Below are positions 49,214 to 59,621 of a stretch of DNA of 63,906 nucleotides, one piece after another. Made by a program: the position numbers and the translations under genes. The DNA comes from Candidatus Omnitrophota bacterium (GTDB lineage: Bacteria > Omnitrophota > Omnitrophia > JAHJGZ01). The DNA lies in the NCBI GenBank assembly GCA_018823795.1, contig JAHJGZ010000007.1, positions 1-63,906 on the forward strand, written 5' to 3'. Each line of letters begins with the position of its first letter. The stretch's first letter is position 1. Below the pieces are notes generated by a model that did no database searches, had not been told where the DNA came from, and was given only the letters and a program-made list of their open reading frames with translations.

Positions 49214-50230
49214 TTATGTATTAATTGATGAAACGAGCTCTTCTTTTGTTATTGCTGCAGCTCCTACTTTTCCCACTACAATTCCCGCTGCACAATTGGC
49301 AATTAGTGCTGCATCTTGAAAATTTGCTCCGGCACCAAGCGCTAAGGATAGAACAGCAATAACGGTATCTCCCGCACCCGATACGTCAAATACTTCTTGT
49401 GCCGCTGTCGGTATTTTTGATATTTTTCCTTTTCCCTCAAAAAGAGCCATCCCTTCTTCACCAAGTGTTATGAGTACTGCTTGACACCCAATTTTTTTAA
49501 GAATCCTCTTACCCACATCCTCGATCGTCACCTGTTTATCTTCAAGCGAAACGCCGACAGCACAATATGCCTCTTTTTTATTTGGCGTAATAATAGTAAC
49601 GTTTTTATAATATTGAAAATGCTTTTCTTTCGGGTCAACAGCAATAAATTTATTGTAACGTTTAGCAAGAATAGAAATTTCTTTAAGCAATTCAGGAGAA
49701 ATGACCCCCTTGCCGTAATCTTCAATAATAATACCATCAACATCTTTGACTTTCTTCCGACAAAAATCTATTACCTTCCGTCTCTCGTTATGTGAAATGT
49801 CTTCTCTGCTTTCGCGGTCAATACGAACAACCTGCTGTGAATGAGCAATAACACGCGTTTTTAATGTTGTTGGACGCTCGTTATCGATAATAATCCCGCT
49901 ACTATCTATTCCTTCACTTTTAACACGTTTGAGAAACATTCTACCATACAGATCCCTGCCAATAGCACCACAGGGAAATACTGTTGCACCTAATTCCTTA
50001 ATATTGTTTCCCACATTTAATGCCCCACCGGGGACATACGTTTCTCGACGTACATCAACATCAACGACAGGGACAGGAGCTTCAGGAGAAATCCGTGACA
50101 CCTTCCCAAAAATATACTGATCAAGAATAAAATCTCCGATAATGAGAAGTTTAACGCGTGCAAATTTTTCAACAAGTTCTGTTAATTGTTTCTTTTTCGT
50201 CTTTGTCAAAGTTATTCTTTCTTTCATCAA
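49214..50230 (-). CDS. rfaE1: D-glycero-beta-D-manno-heptose-7-phosphate kinase
   Basis: RISPEAPVPVV, DYGKG and DVSGAGDTV motifs. Confidence 0.92.
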   Translation of the reverse strand: MMKERITLTKTKKKQLTELVEKFARVKLLIIGDFILDQYIFGKVSRISPEAPVPVVDVDVRRETYVPGGALNVGNNIKELGATVFPCGAIGRDLYGRMFLKRVKSEGIDSSGIIIDNERPTTLKTRVIAHSQQVVRIDRESREDISHNERRKVIDFCRKKVKDVDGIIIEDYGKGVISPELLKEISILAKRYNKFIAVDPKEKHFQYYKNVTIITPNKKEAYCAVGVSLEDKQVTIEDVGKRILKKIGCQAVLITLGEEGMALFEGKGKISKIPTAAQEVFDVSGAGDTVIAVLSLALGAGANFQDAALIANCAAGIVVGKVGAAAITKEELVSSINT

Positions 50231-50241
50231 TGTACCGTATA

Positions 50242-51225
50242 TTATATATATTGCGTTGTTTCTAATAGAGCAACGTACTCTTTTACTGCATCTTCAAGCT
50301 TTAAAAACGATGAAGAAAAACCGGCTTGACGCAATTTTGTTATATCAGCCTCTGTAAAATACTGATATTTTTCACGTAATGTGTGTGGCATATCGAAATA
50401 TTCAATGGAGGGGTTCAAGTCTAACGCTTTAAAAATAGCACAGGCAAGCTCATTCCAGCTATGCGCTTTGCCCGTTCCCACATTATAAATTCCCGTTTTT
50501 TGGGGGTTATTAAAAAAGTACCCTACAACGTCAACAGCATCCTGAACATACATAAAATCCCGTTTTTGCTCTCCATCGCCATATTCTTTACGATATGATT
50601 TAAACAGGCGGATGGTTCCTTTCTGCTTAATGTGCTGATACCCTTTATGAATCATACTGCGCATGTCTTCTTTATGGTACTCATTAGGACCGAAAATATT
50701 AAAAAACTTAAATCCAACAAATATCTTTTGAAGATTATTTTTAAGGACCCACAAATCAAACGCATGCTTTGAATAGCCATACATATTTAACGGCATTAAC
50801 GTAGGAGCAACGGTGTCCCGGTCGGAATATCCCTTTTCCCCTGCCCCATATGTTGCGGCACTACTTGCATATAAAAAGCGTTTTTTATTCCGGATCGTCC
50901 ATTCCGCAAGCTTTTTTGAGTAATTAAAATTGTTGTCCATTAAATACGCAGCATTTGTTTCAGTTGTTGACGAACACGCACCAAGATGAATAATGCAATC
51001 TATGGTTTTATCAAACGTTCCCTTGGAAAGTGCGTCTAAAAAAAAATCTTTATCTACGTAATCTTCATACTGCTTCCCAAGGAGGTTCTTCCATTTTTCA
51101 GTTGAGCCAAGTTCATCAACAATAACAATATCCGTTATTCCTGCAATATTAAGTTTTTTCAGCAGGCAACTTCCGATAAAGCCAGCACCACCGGTAATTA
51201 CGATACTCATATGTTTTCTCGACAT
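50242..51225 (-). CDS. rfaD: ADP-L-glycero-D-manno-heptose 6-epimerase
   Basis: GGAGFIG, HLGACSST, YASSAATYG and YQYFTEAD motifs. Confidence 0.95.
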   Translation of the reverse strand: MSRKHMSIVITGGAGFIGSCLLKKLNIAGITDIVIVDELGSTEKWKNLLGKQYEDYVDKDFFLDALSKGTFDKTIDCIIHLGACSSTTETNAAYLMDNNFNYSKKLAEWTIRNKKRFLYASSAATYGAGEKGYSDRDTVAPTLMPLNMYGYSKHAFDLWVLKNNLQKIFVGFKFFNIFGPNEYHKEDMRSMIHKGYQHIKQKGTIRLFKSYRKEYGDGEQKRDFMYVQDAVDVVGYFFNNPQKTGIYNVGTGKAHSWNELACAIFKALDLNPSIEYFDMPHTLREKYQYFTEADITKLRQAGFSSSFLKLEDAVKEYVALLETTQYI

Positions 51226-51271
51226 TCTTTATATACTACTTTTTCTAACTCTATTTAAAAAATAGAGTTAG

Positions 51272-51300
51272 ATTTTAACACTAGCCCTACACAGTGTCAA
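51272..51300 (-). promoter_or_regulatory. Putative sigma70 promoter for rfaD-kds operon
   Basis: TTGACA-17 nt (ending TGT)-TAAAAT. Confidence 0.6.
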
Positions 51301-51370
51301 CAAAACAATATTAACATAATGCTGTAACCTATTGAAAATAAAGGTATTATAAATATTTCGGCGGGTTTTT

Positions 51371-52429
51371 TTACGAGAGGAGGTAGGAAAAATGCTTTTT
51401 AATAACCGATAGCACGTCATCGACACTAATTGCCCGGAGACATAAAAAGCCTTTTTTACAATTGTGCGCAGAGCATGAAGCACATCCAACATCTTTATGC
51501 ATAAACAAACTGCGCGGGCCTAATGGCCGCCATCGTGTTGGACTTAAACCGCGGTCACTACGGCCAAATAAAGAAATAACAGGAACATTTAAACTTGCGG
51601 CAATATGAACAGGGCCACTATCATTTGAAATCAATAGGTTTGACCTTTTAAACAATACCCCCAGCATTTTTAATGATACTTTTCCTGTTAAGTTTACCGC
51701 CGTTTCTTTCATATAATGCATTACTTCCTCGACCGTCTTTTTATCATTCTCACTCCCGACAATAACAATCTGTTTTTTATATTTTTTATTGAGTATATCA
51801 GCAAGTTGTGCAAAACGCTCAGGTGGCCACATTTTTGAGCGACAACTCGCACCGGGAAATAAAACAACAAAAGACGATAAGGCAACCGGTAAAGTATTCA
51901 ATACGATATCTAAAGCTTTTTCATCTTTCTGATCAATAAAAAATAAAGGCTTTATTTCCCGTGGGGGTTCAATACCCAACAATTTTACAAGATCAAAATT
52001 ATATTCCGCTTCGTGTTTCGCCCCCGCTGCCTTTTTTTCCTCAATCGAATGCGTAAGAAGAAAATGACACTTCTTCTTGTACCCAATACGTATGGGAATA
52101 CCAGCAAAAAATGATATCATGTGGACACGGTTTGTGGGATGTAAATGAATTGCAATATCGATTTTTTCTTTACGAAGATGAAGCGCAAACTGTACCGTCT
52201 TCCAAAAGCATTTATGCTTCCCCCTTTTATCATAAATAATAATGTTCTCTACATAAGGATTGCCTTCAATGATCTCATAGGTAGCGGGAAGAACAAGCAT
52301 GCTAATCGATGCTTTTGGGAACACCTCTTTTAAAACCTTGCATATCGGCGTGCTTAATATGACATCACCAATGCGATCGGTTCTCGTCACCAATATCTTG
52401 TGTATCGATTTCAGATGTATAGGCTTCAT
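51371..52429 (-). CDS. GT9 heptosyltransferase
   Basis: RIGDVILSTP and SNDSGPVHIA..LFG motifs. Confidence 0.9.
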   Translation of the reverse strand: MKPIHLKSIHKILVTRTDRIGDVILSTPICKVLKEVFPKASISMLVLPATYEIIEGNPYVENIIIYDKRGKHKCFWKTVQFALHLRKEKIDIAIHLHPTNRVHMISFFAGIPIRIGYKKKCHFLLTHSIEEKKAAGAKHEAEYNFDLVKLLGIEPPREIKPLFFIDQKDEKALDIVLNTLPVALSSFVVLFPGASCRSKMWPPERFAQLADILNKKYKKQIVIVGSENDKKTVEEVMHYMKETAVNLTGKVSLKMLGVLFKRSNLLISNDSGPVHIAASLNVPVISLFGRSDRGLSPTRWRPLGPRSLFMHKDVGCASCSAHNCKKGFLCLRAISVDDVLSVIKKHFSYLLS

Positions 52430-53412
52430 ATCGTTTTTTGCAGTAATTCTAATGCAAGCGGTAGTACTTTTTCCGGGGTAAGTTTTTCAAGACATTCACG
52501 TTTATATTTACAAATACTTTCTTCACAGGGTATACAGTGAAGATCTAACCGTGCAATACGTGCAGTCGGCAGAGAACTACCATATTTCGCAACATTCGTT
52601 GGCCCAAAAATGCCAACAACAGGTCTTTTGTAAAAACTGGCAAAATGCATAGTCGCACTATCATTCGAAATGACAAGACGTGCTCGTTCGACAAGTATCG
52701 CCAATTCTTTCTGAGTGATTTTTCCACAAAGATTAATAACATCCATATTCGTAAGCAACGGCTCTATTTCATGCGCTGCAGCGCAATCAAAATCATCTCC
52801 CACAAGGATCACTGCCATTTCTTCTTTTTTTACAATTGAACTTATCAACGCTGCAAAATACCGTGCTGGCCATCGTTTCATTAAAAAACGCGCTCCCGGT
52901 GATATAAGTAAAATATTCTGCACATTAAATAATCCTTTTGAATGTAGCTTCCGCATTAAACGATCATTATCCTCTCTTACATATAATGGTAAATACGAGA
53001 AATCAACGGTAGGCAAATGAAGTAGTTTAATAATATGTTGATATCGTTCATATCGCGATGGTATCTTACGAGCCTGTCGGTTAAGCCACCAGTTATTACT
53101 TGGTTTTCCTAATAGGTACGGCAATAATGTATCTTTAAAATCCAGAACAAGATCAAACTTTTCAGCACGTAACATAAGAACAAACTTTAATTTTTACCAC
53201 AATGAACTTTCTTTTCTGTAGCAAATGACTTTTTGTAAGGCTGGGTTTCCGTGGAGTAAATCAAATGCCTTCTCCCCCACGACTACCTGTATTTCAGCGT
53301 CGGGAAAAGCTTTTCGCAATGATACAATAATAGGAATGGTGAGTACAACATCACCAAGATTACTTAAGGTAATAACCAATATCTTATGGTACGATTTTTT
53401 ATGTACTGTCAT
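52426..53412 (-). pseudogene. GT9 heptosyltransferase interrupted by in-frame TAA (53194-53196)
   Basis: TGG TAA AAA TTA AAG TTT GTT CTT ATG joins ORFs 53194-53412 and 52426-53175 in one frame; NLGDVVL and SNDSATMH motifs. Confidence 0.75.
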
Positions 53413-54449
53413 AAAGCTTTAACCAATGTATTTTTTTTAATACAATTTAAAACGTCATCGGCTTTTATACGTTTCATACATTCACTGGTAGAACATCTTT
53501 CCTGAAAACACGGGATATCGCATTGCTCTGGTAGATTTTGAAGAACAAAATAGATACCATTTCCGCGAGGACCGGTTATGACAGCATCAGTAGGACCAAA
53601 AAGAGCAACGACCGGTGTGCCAACACCACTCGCTATATGGAGCGGACCACTATCAGCTGAAATGACAAACTGTGCGAAGTGAAAAAGAGCGCCGAGTTGT
53701 ATAATATTTGTTTTACCACATAATGAAATCGGTTTTTTTCCCTTTATTCCAGCAATAATCTGTTTCGCTAAAGCATCGTCATCACTCGTCCCGGTAATAA
53801 GACAGGGGACATCATAGTGCTCATTAAGTTTGTTTATTAATTCGATAAAATATGCTGTTGGCCATCGTTTTTTATCCCAATTTCCGCCGGGATGTATTGC
53901 AATGAATGAATGTGGTGTAACTTCATGTGATGCCAATAACGATTCCACAAATCGTTCATCGCCCGTGTCATAATACAATGAGTATGCATACGCCAGTGAA
54001 TCTTCAATAAACAGCAGTGTCTCTTTTAAGATATGTAAAAAATAATCAACACGGTGCATCTTTTGTGTGGGCTCTTGAATGGGCTGTGTAAGTAAAAAAC
54101 CTCGTTGCTTTGTATTATACCCAAACCGTTCTGGAATAGAAGCAAGCCACACGATCAATGCTCGTGAAAATGAACGATGTAAAATAAACGCCTTAGTGAT
54201 TTTTTTTTCTTTGAGTAATTTAATTAATCTGAGTGCTGCAATAATTCCTTTATCTTTTTTTCGGTCGTCAAAACCGATCACTTCATCAACATAAGGGTTT
54301 GCCGTTAAAATATCCCGACAACGGTAATTAGTAACACAAATAATATAGGCGCTTTCCCATTTTCTCTTGAGTGCACGAATAAAAGGTTCTTCAAAAATAA
54401 CATCACCAAGCCAATTTTTAGTGAACACCAGTATCCGTTCTTGCTTCAT
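53409..54449 (-). CDS. waaF: LPS heptosyltransferase II-like (GT9)
   Basis: NWLGDV and DSGPLHIA..LFGPT motifs. Confidence 0.8.
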   Translation of the reverse strand: MKQERILVFTKNWLGDVIFEEPFIRALKRKWESAYIICVTNYRCRDILTANPYVDEVIGFDDRKKDKGIIAALRLIKLLKEKKITKAFILHRSFSRALIVWLASIPERFGYNTKQRGFLLTQPIQEPTQKMHRVDYFLHILKETLLFIEDSLAYAYSLYYDTGDERFVESLLASHEVTPHSFIAIHPGGNWDKKRWPTAYFIELINKLNEHYDVPCLITGTSDDDALAKQIIAGIKGKKPISLCGKTNIIQLGALFHFAQFVISADSGPLHIASGVGTPVVALFGPTDAVITGPRGNGIYFVLQNLPEQCDIPCFQERCSTSECMKRIKADDVLNCIKKNTLVKAL

Positions 54450-55573
54450 TGTTTATTTTTGTTCTCCCTCTCGACCTCAAGTTCTTTGTACACATTGATG
54501 ATACTCTCAGTCATCTTTTCAATTGAAAAAACTTCACGAGCAATTTGACGACTATTTTCGCCCATGGATTTAAGAAGCGTCGGATCTTCGATTAACCTAT
54601 TAATAGCTGTTGCTAAAGCAGAAATATCACCTGGTGGGAGGAGCCAACCATTGACCCCCTCTTTTACCAGTGCATACACTCCTCCTAAATTTGAAACAAT
54701 GATCGGCTTCCCTGCTGCCATTGCCTCTAATACCGCAAGGCCGAATCCTTCACTTGAAACAGAAGGAAGAACGAAAATATCGATAAGCTCTAAAACAACA
54801 TCGACATCTTCAACCTTTCCGGTAAAAACAAGTTTATCTTCTATATCTAGTTTTCGAGCCAACTTCATTAACTTTGCTTTATACTTCCCTTCACCAATTA
54901 AAACGAACTTTATCTTCGGATGTTGCGCAAGTACTTGCGGGATACATCGAATAAGACTTTGATATCCTTTAATTTTTTCAAGACGTGAAATACCGCCCAC
55001 AATTAATCCTTCTTCACCAACGTTGTAATACCGCCTTAATTCTTCTTTATCAAAGCTTGATAAATTCACTTCAAACTTTTCAGGTTCAACGCCATTGTAG
55101 ACTAAAGAAATTTTTGACTTTGATACTTTGAAATCATTTACTAAATGTTCACGCACCGGATCACTGATAGCAATGATTTTATCTCCCCATGCAGGAAATA
55201 TTTTACGAAAAAGTCGCCTTTTAAAAAAACCATGGCAGGTAGTAATAAATTCTATATTGCGGATCTTCTTCAGTACTGCTCCGAGAACTTGAGCAACCCG
55301 TGTATGAGCATGGAGATGGGTAATGCCTTCTTTATCAATGATCTCTAAAATTTTAAAAAAAGCGAATAAAAGCTTTATATGCAGTTCATTCTTTGTCTGT
55401 ATCGGAATAGTATAATGCTTAATACCATTTCGATCTAATTCAGATAAAAGCGTACCTCCAGCAGAAGCACAGACTACTTCGACCCCTTTTTGTTTTAAAT
55501 GTTTTGCGAGTGTTGTTACATACGTACTTACGCCACCAACGTTTAAATGTGTTGTAAGAAATAATATCTTCAT
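54446..55573 (-). CDS. GT4 glycosyltransferase
   Basis: GGV, HAH, RL..KG and EGFG..LEAMA motifs. Confidence 0.9.
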   Translation of the reverse strand: MKILFLTTHLNVGGVSTYVTTLAKHLKQKGVEVVCASAGGTLLSELDRNGIKHYTIPIQTKNELHIKLLFAFFKILEIIDKEGITHLHAHTRVAQVLGAVLKKIRNIEFITTCHGFFKRRLFRKIFPAWGDKIIAISDPVREHLVNDFKVSKSKISLVYNGVEPEKFEVNLSSFDKEELRRYYNVGEEGLIVGGISRLEKIKGYQSLIRCIPQVLAQHPKIKFVLIGEGKYKAKLMKLARKLDIEDKLVFTGKVEDVDVVLELIDIFVLPSVSSEGFGLAVLEAMAAGKPIIVSNLGGVYALVKEGVNGWLLPPGDISALATAINRLIEDPTLLKSMGENSRQIAREVFSIEKMTESIINVYKELEVERENKNKQ

Positions 55574-57675
55574 AACCCTAACTGTCCTTTCACCGCTTGA
55601 AAAACATCCTCTACATTAATTTCTCGCATGCATCTATACTCACAAGAACACTGTTCTTTATAACAAGGAGCACACGCCAAATTTCTTCGTAATACTTTAT
55701 GATTTGTGCCCGGTGGCATATGCCTTCGCGGATCCGTTGGTCCAAATAATGCGACTATTTTTGTCTTCATCGCACTTGCAATGTGTAACGGTGCAGTATC
55801 TCCACATACGATGCAATCAAGTTTTGCAATAAGTGCTACCAGTTGCGTAATAGTAGTACTGCCGATCATATCAAGCACCTCATTGTTTCGCGTCGTAAAA
55901 AAAAGATCACGTTCTTTCTTTGAATTCAAATCACCAATAAGAACAACACGGCATCCGAGCTCTTCAATGAGCCGGCGAGAAAGAATAACAAAATTTTCTG
56001 TCGGCCACCGTTTCGTATACCACCGCTTGCTGGCACCAAGAATCAAGCCTACTTTTTTTTGTTTTTGACTTATCCATGCTCCACTAAAAATAGTATCAAT
56101 ATAGTGTAAATCTTCTTTCTGTGGCCATAATTCTAATCGTTCATCATACTGCGAAACACCAAGAAGACTGAGCACGCGAAACTGGTGCTGGACCGGTGGC
56201 AAAGGATCAGAAAAAGAACCGACTCTATGCGTCAATAAGCTGCCGAACATATCACGCTTATATCCATACCGAGAAGAAATTCCTGCCAAAAAAGCAATAA
56301 GATGTGTTTTTTTATTATTCTGAAAATCAACGGAGATATCAAATGAATAGCGTCTTAGTTTCTTAATAAGATTTTTCATTTGAATAAATTGTCTCTTTTT
56401 GTCTTTTCTTTTAAAGGGAATAATCTCATCGATATAAGGACAATTTTCAAGGCAGAGAATAAAATCAGCGTCTATTAACACCGCAATATATGCTTTGGGG
56501 AATTTTTTCCGTATCATCCGTAAACTGGGGATTGCTAAAACAATATCACCGAATGCACCTAGTTTAATAACTAAAATGCGTCGTTGGTGCCGGACATCTC
56601 CATACACCCTCAGGGTGTTATCAATCATCGTTTTCACCGTAAAAACACTTTCCACTTTTTTCCTTAAGTTTAATACACACGTACGTGTTAACGTATGATG
56701 TTGTAACATGTGTACAATAGCATTGCTCATTTTTATTTCATCACGAGGAGGGACTAAAAGACCATGTTTACCATCATCAACAATATCGGTAACACCCCCC
56801 ACTTTAGTAGCAACAACGGCAACACCGCTTGCTCCCGCTTCAATGATAACGCGACCAAACCCTTCTGGATAAGTCGTAGAAAGGACAAGAAGATCAACTT
56901 TTTTAAGTAGCTCAGGAATATTTTTTTCAACACCGACAAATTTAACCACTGTATTCATTCCCAACTTGTCTACTAATATCTTCAGTCTGTCCACATACTT
57001 CGTGTGCCGTTTTGATGCTCCCCCAACAATCCACGCCTCTATCTGAGGGAAATGATGTGATACTAAATGAATCGCTTTGATGAAATATTCATGTCCCTTA
57101 ATCGGTGTGAGGCGGCCAATATTTGCAATGATTATTTTTTCTTTTCCTCTAAGCCATCCAGCGTCATATTTTGCTTTATCAAACGAATACTTTGACAGGT
57201 CAATACCACGATGTATTAAGGTGATTCTCTCGGGAAGAACGCCAAAATCATCTATCATATGACGCCCAATAGCGCGTGAAATAACAATTACCTTCTCTCC
57301 CCATCCCATGATAGTCGATAACAAATGTTTTGAATAATACCCATGACAGGTGGTAACAAATTTTGCATCGGTATTACGGATAGCAAAGTACGCGATCCAA
57401 GCAGGAATACGACTCCGCGCATGAACGATATCAATTCCTTCTTTTACGATAATCGCCCGTACTTTTTGAATCATGGCAAGTGTTTTAAGCGATTTAGCAT
57501 GTACCGGAAGTTCATAGTGTTGCACCCCCATCTTAATCAACCGCCCAACCAATTCTCCCCCCGCTGAAATGACACATGCTTTATGCCCTCTTTCGATGAG
57601 CGCCTGCGCAAGATCTACCGTTCCCACTTCGACGCCGCCATAATTAAGCTGAGGAAGGATCTGCAATACGTTCAT
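55570..57675 (-). CDS. GT4-GT9 fusion glycosyltransferase
   Basis: N-half GGVE..HARSR..EGFGR; C-half KLGAFGD..DTAPLHIA..LFGPT. Confidence 0.85.
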   Translation of the reverse strand: MNVLQILPQLNYGGVEVGTVDLAQALIERGHKACVISAGGELVGRLIKMGVQHYELPVHAKSLKTLAMIQKVRAIIVKEGIDIVHARSRIPAWIAYFAIRNTDAKFVTTCHGYYSKHLLSTIMGWGEKVIVISRAIGRHMIDDFGVLPERITLIHRGIDLSKYSFDKAKYDAGWLRGKEKIIIANIGRLTPIKGHEYFIKAIHLVSHHFPQIEAWIVGGASKRHTKYVDRLKILVDKLGMNTVVKFVGVEKNIPELLKKVDLLVLSTTYPEGFGRVIIEAGASGVAVVATKVGGVTDIVDDGKHGLLVPPRDEIKMSNAIVHMLQHHTLTRTCVLNLRKKVESVFTVKTMIDNTLRVYGDVRHQRRILVIKLGAFGDIVLAIPSLRMIRKKFPKAYIAVLIDADFILCLENCPYIDEIIPFKRKDKKRQFIQMKNLIKKLRRYSFDISVDFQNNKKTHLIAFLAGISSRYGYKRDMFGSLLTHRVGSFSDPLPPVQHQFRVLSLLGVSQYDERLELWPQKEDLHYIDTIFSGAWISQKQKKVGLILGASKRWYTKRWPTENFVILSRRLIEELGCRVVLIGDLNSKKERDLFFTTRNNEVLDMIGSTTITQLVALIAKLDCIVCGDTAPLHIASAMKTKIVALFGPTDPRRHMPPGTNHKVLRRNLACAPCYKEQCSCEYRCMREINVEDVFQAVKGQLGL

Positions 57676-59621
57676 ATTAAATTCCTCAACGCATTACTAA
57701 TAATGTCTTTTTCATCACTGTACGGTTGCTTTTCTCCGCGCCGTTTCATCATTACACGGAATGAGTTACTGATATTTTCATACGTATTGACGGTAATAAG
57801 CTTTTCGTCAATTAAATTATTCTGAAAACGCACATGTTTTTTTGAAATTCCCTTTTTTGCCATTTTTATGACGATTACCGGTTTTCCTGACTGGACGCTT
57901 TCTGAAATCATTGAAACACTATCTTCTGTAACAATAATGATGCGCGCAACATCAATCATACCATAGACGATGTTTTCAATATTGTTTTCAGTCGGAATTA
58001 CTAAAAGTTTACAACAATCTTCTTGAAAAAGTTTTTCTTTAACGAGATGAATGATATCCGGCCGGGTACGTCGTGATGTCGTCACGAGTAAAAAACCATT
58101 GCGCTCTCTCGTTAAACGAATTAATTCATCAATGGTTTTCTCAACCATATTCACATCATACACATAGTCTTTTGTATCGCCACCCACTAATACACTCATT
58201 ATGTTATTATTTGAAAGCATTAATTTTTCTTTCAACTTTTTCCCCTCACTCTTCAGTTTATCTGTATCAGTAGGACTGAGTGCCACTGTAAGCTTAATAA
58301 TATTTTTTCTCTTTACCGGACAATAATCGTGTTGAGGTATAAGCATAAGGTCAAAATTACAATGATTATACGGAAAGGGCGGTTTCATAATCGCAATATT
58401 TTTTGCTCCATTTTCATGTTTCAAAAGTATGTTAAGTGGAACTGCGCTGGCGCCACACGAAACAACCACATCGGCATATGCGGTACGCACCTTTTCATAT
58501 GATTCGGGAAGAAGAAAAAATCTGAGGAAGGGAATGTATCCTTGCATCCATCGACCACATAAAAATGCAATGACAAAAAGAAACATACGATGAATCTCGC
58601 TTTTATATCGTACCGTACATATTTCTGTCGTAAGCTGTAATCCTTTTTCTTGTGCAACGTCCTCAAATAACTCTAACAGAGCCTGAACTTGTGAACGATG
58701 TCCTGCTTTATCGTCGGTCAAAAAAACAACAGATCTATTCAATGTGTATTTCCATCGCTTGTGTCCCCAGAGCCACTGATCAGGATATTTTCGAACATAC
58801 TGTTCTAATAACTGGAGGTAATTCCGCAATCCTACCTTGACATCTTCTTTTGCATTGCCCGTCGCCGGTATTTCGAGTGGTTCATGGACACACACATGCT
58901 GACGACCTTTCTGTTTTCGTACGATAAATGCAGGAAGTACAACACATCCCGTCCGTTGTGCAATACTAATGACTCCCGGTGGCGTTGACGTTTTACGGTC
59001 AAAAAGATCAACATAAACACCATCCGGCCCACCCGATTGGTCGCTCGCAAACGCAACAATTTCATTATGACGCAATGCTTGCATAATCTCCCGCACTGCC
59101 ATTCCCTTGCCAATAACTTCATTATCATGTGTTGATCGAAGTCTGTTTAAAAAACCATTAAGGCGTGAATGTTTTTGTTCACGAGCTAAAATTTTCATCG
59201 GAAAACCCCTAATGGCTGAGGCGATCCCCATTAATTCCCAGTTTCCAAAATGCCCTGTCAAAAACATAAGCCCCTTCCCTTTTTTTAATGCCTGGGGAAT
59301 TCTTTCCATGCCATCCATTTGTACGTATGTATCAACGTATGCTTCATCAAGATAAGGGAAACGAAACATTTCAACCGCTATTTGTGCAATATGCACATAC
59401 GTACGTCGTGCTATTCTCTTTAACTCTCGCGGCGTGTATTGAGTACCAAAAGCGGCTTTAAGATTAACATACGCTACTCGCTTTCGTTTATGGCAATAAT
59501 AAAACACCGCTCCGAGAAAACGTCCCACGGCTAATGCCCATTGAAACGGCAGCGCATTAATACAACAGGCGAGCAATCTAACTGCCCAATATCCTATCCA
59601 ATCGACGAGAAAATGTCCCAT
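57672..59621 (-). CDS. LpxL-type lipid A acyltransferase fused to ELM1/GtrOC1-like domain
   Basis: HFGNWE..DQ..PDQWLW.HKRWK, then D.KAGH..PQHD..LVGG..TTSRRT..VTEDSVSMISE. Confidence 0.82.
   Translation of the reverse strand: MGHFLVDWIGYWAVRLLACCINALPFQWALAVGRFLGAVFYYCHKRKRVAYVNLKAAFGTQYTPRELKRIARRTYVHIAQIAVEMFRFPYLDEAYVDTYVQMDGMERIPQALKKGKGLMFLTGHFGNWELMGIASAIRGFPMKILAREQKHSRLNGFLNRLRSTHDNEVIGKGMAVREIMQALRHNEIVAFASDQSGGPDGVYVDLFDRKTSTPPGVISIAQRTGCVVLPAFIVRKQKGRQHVCVHEPLEIPATGNAKEDVKVGLRNYLQLLEQYVRKYPDQWLWGHKRWKYTLNRSVVFLTDDKAGHRSQVQALLELFEDVAQEKGLQLTTEICTVRYKSEIHRMFLFVIAFLCGRWMQGYIPFLRFFLLPESYEKVRTAYADVVVSCGASAVPLNILLKHENGAKNIAIMKPPFPYNHCNFDLMLIPQHDYCPVKRKNIIKLTVALSPTDTDKLKSEGKKLKEKLMLSNNNIMSVLVGGDTKDYVYDVNMVEKTIDELIRLTRERNGFLLVTTSRRTRPDIIHLVKEKLFQEDCCKLLVIPTENNIENIVYGMIDVARIIIVTEDSVSMISESVQSGKPVIVIKMAKKGISKKHVRFQNNLIDEKLITVNTYENISNSFRVMMKRRGEKQPYSDEKDIISNALRNLI

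Noticed and set aside
37955-53196. Alternative genetic code explaining in-frame stops
   Set aside because: The two stops differ (TAG and TAA) and both codons terminate intact conserved genes in this window.
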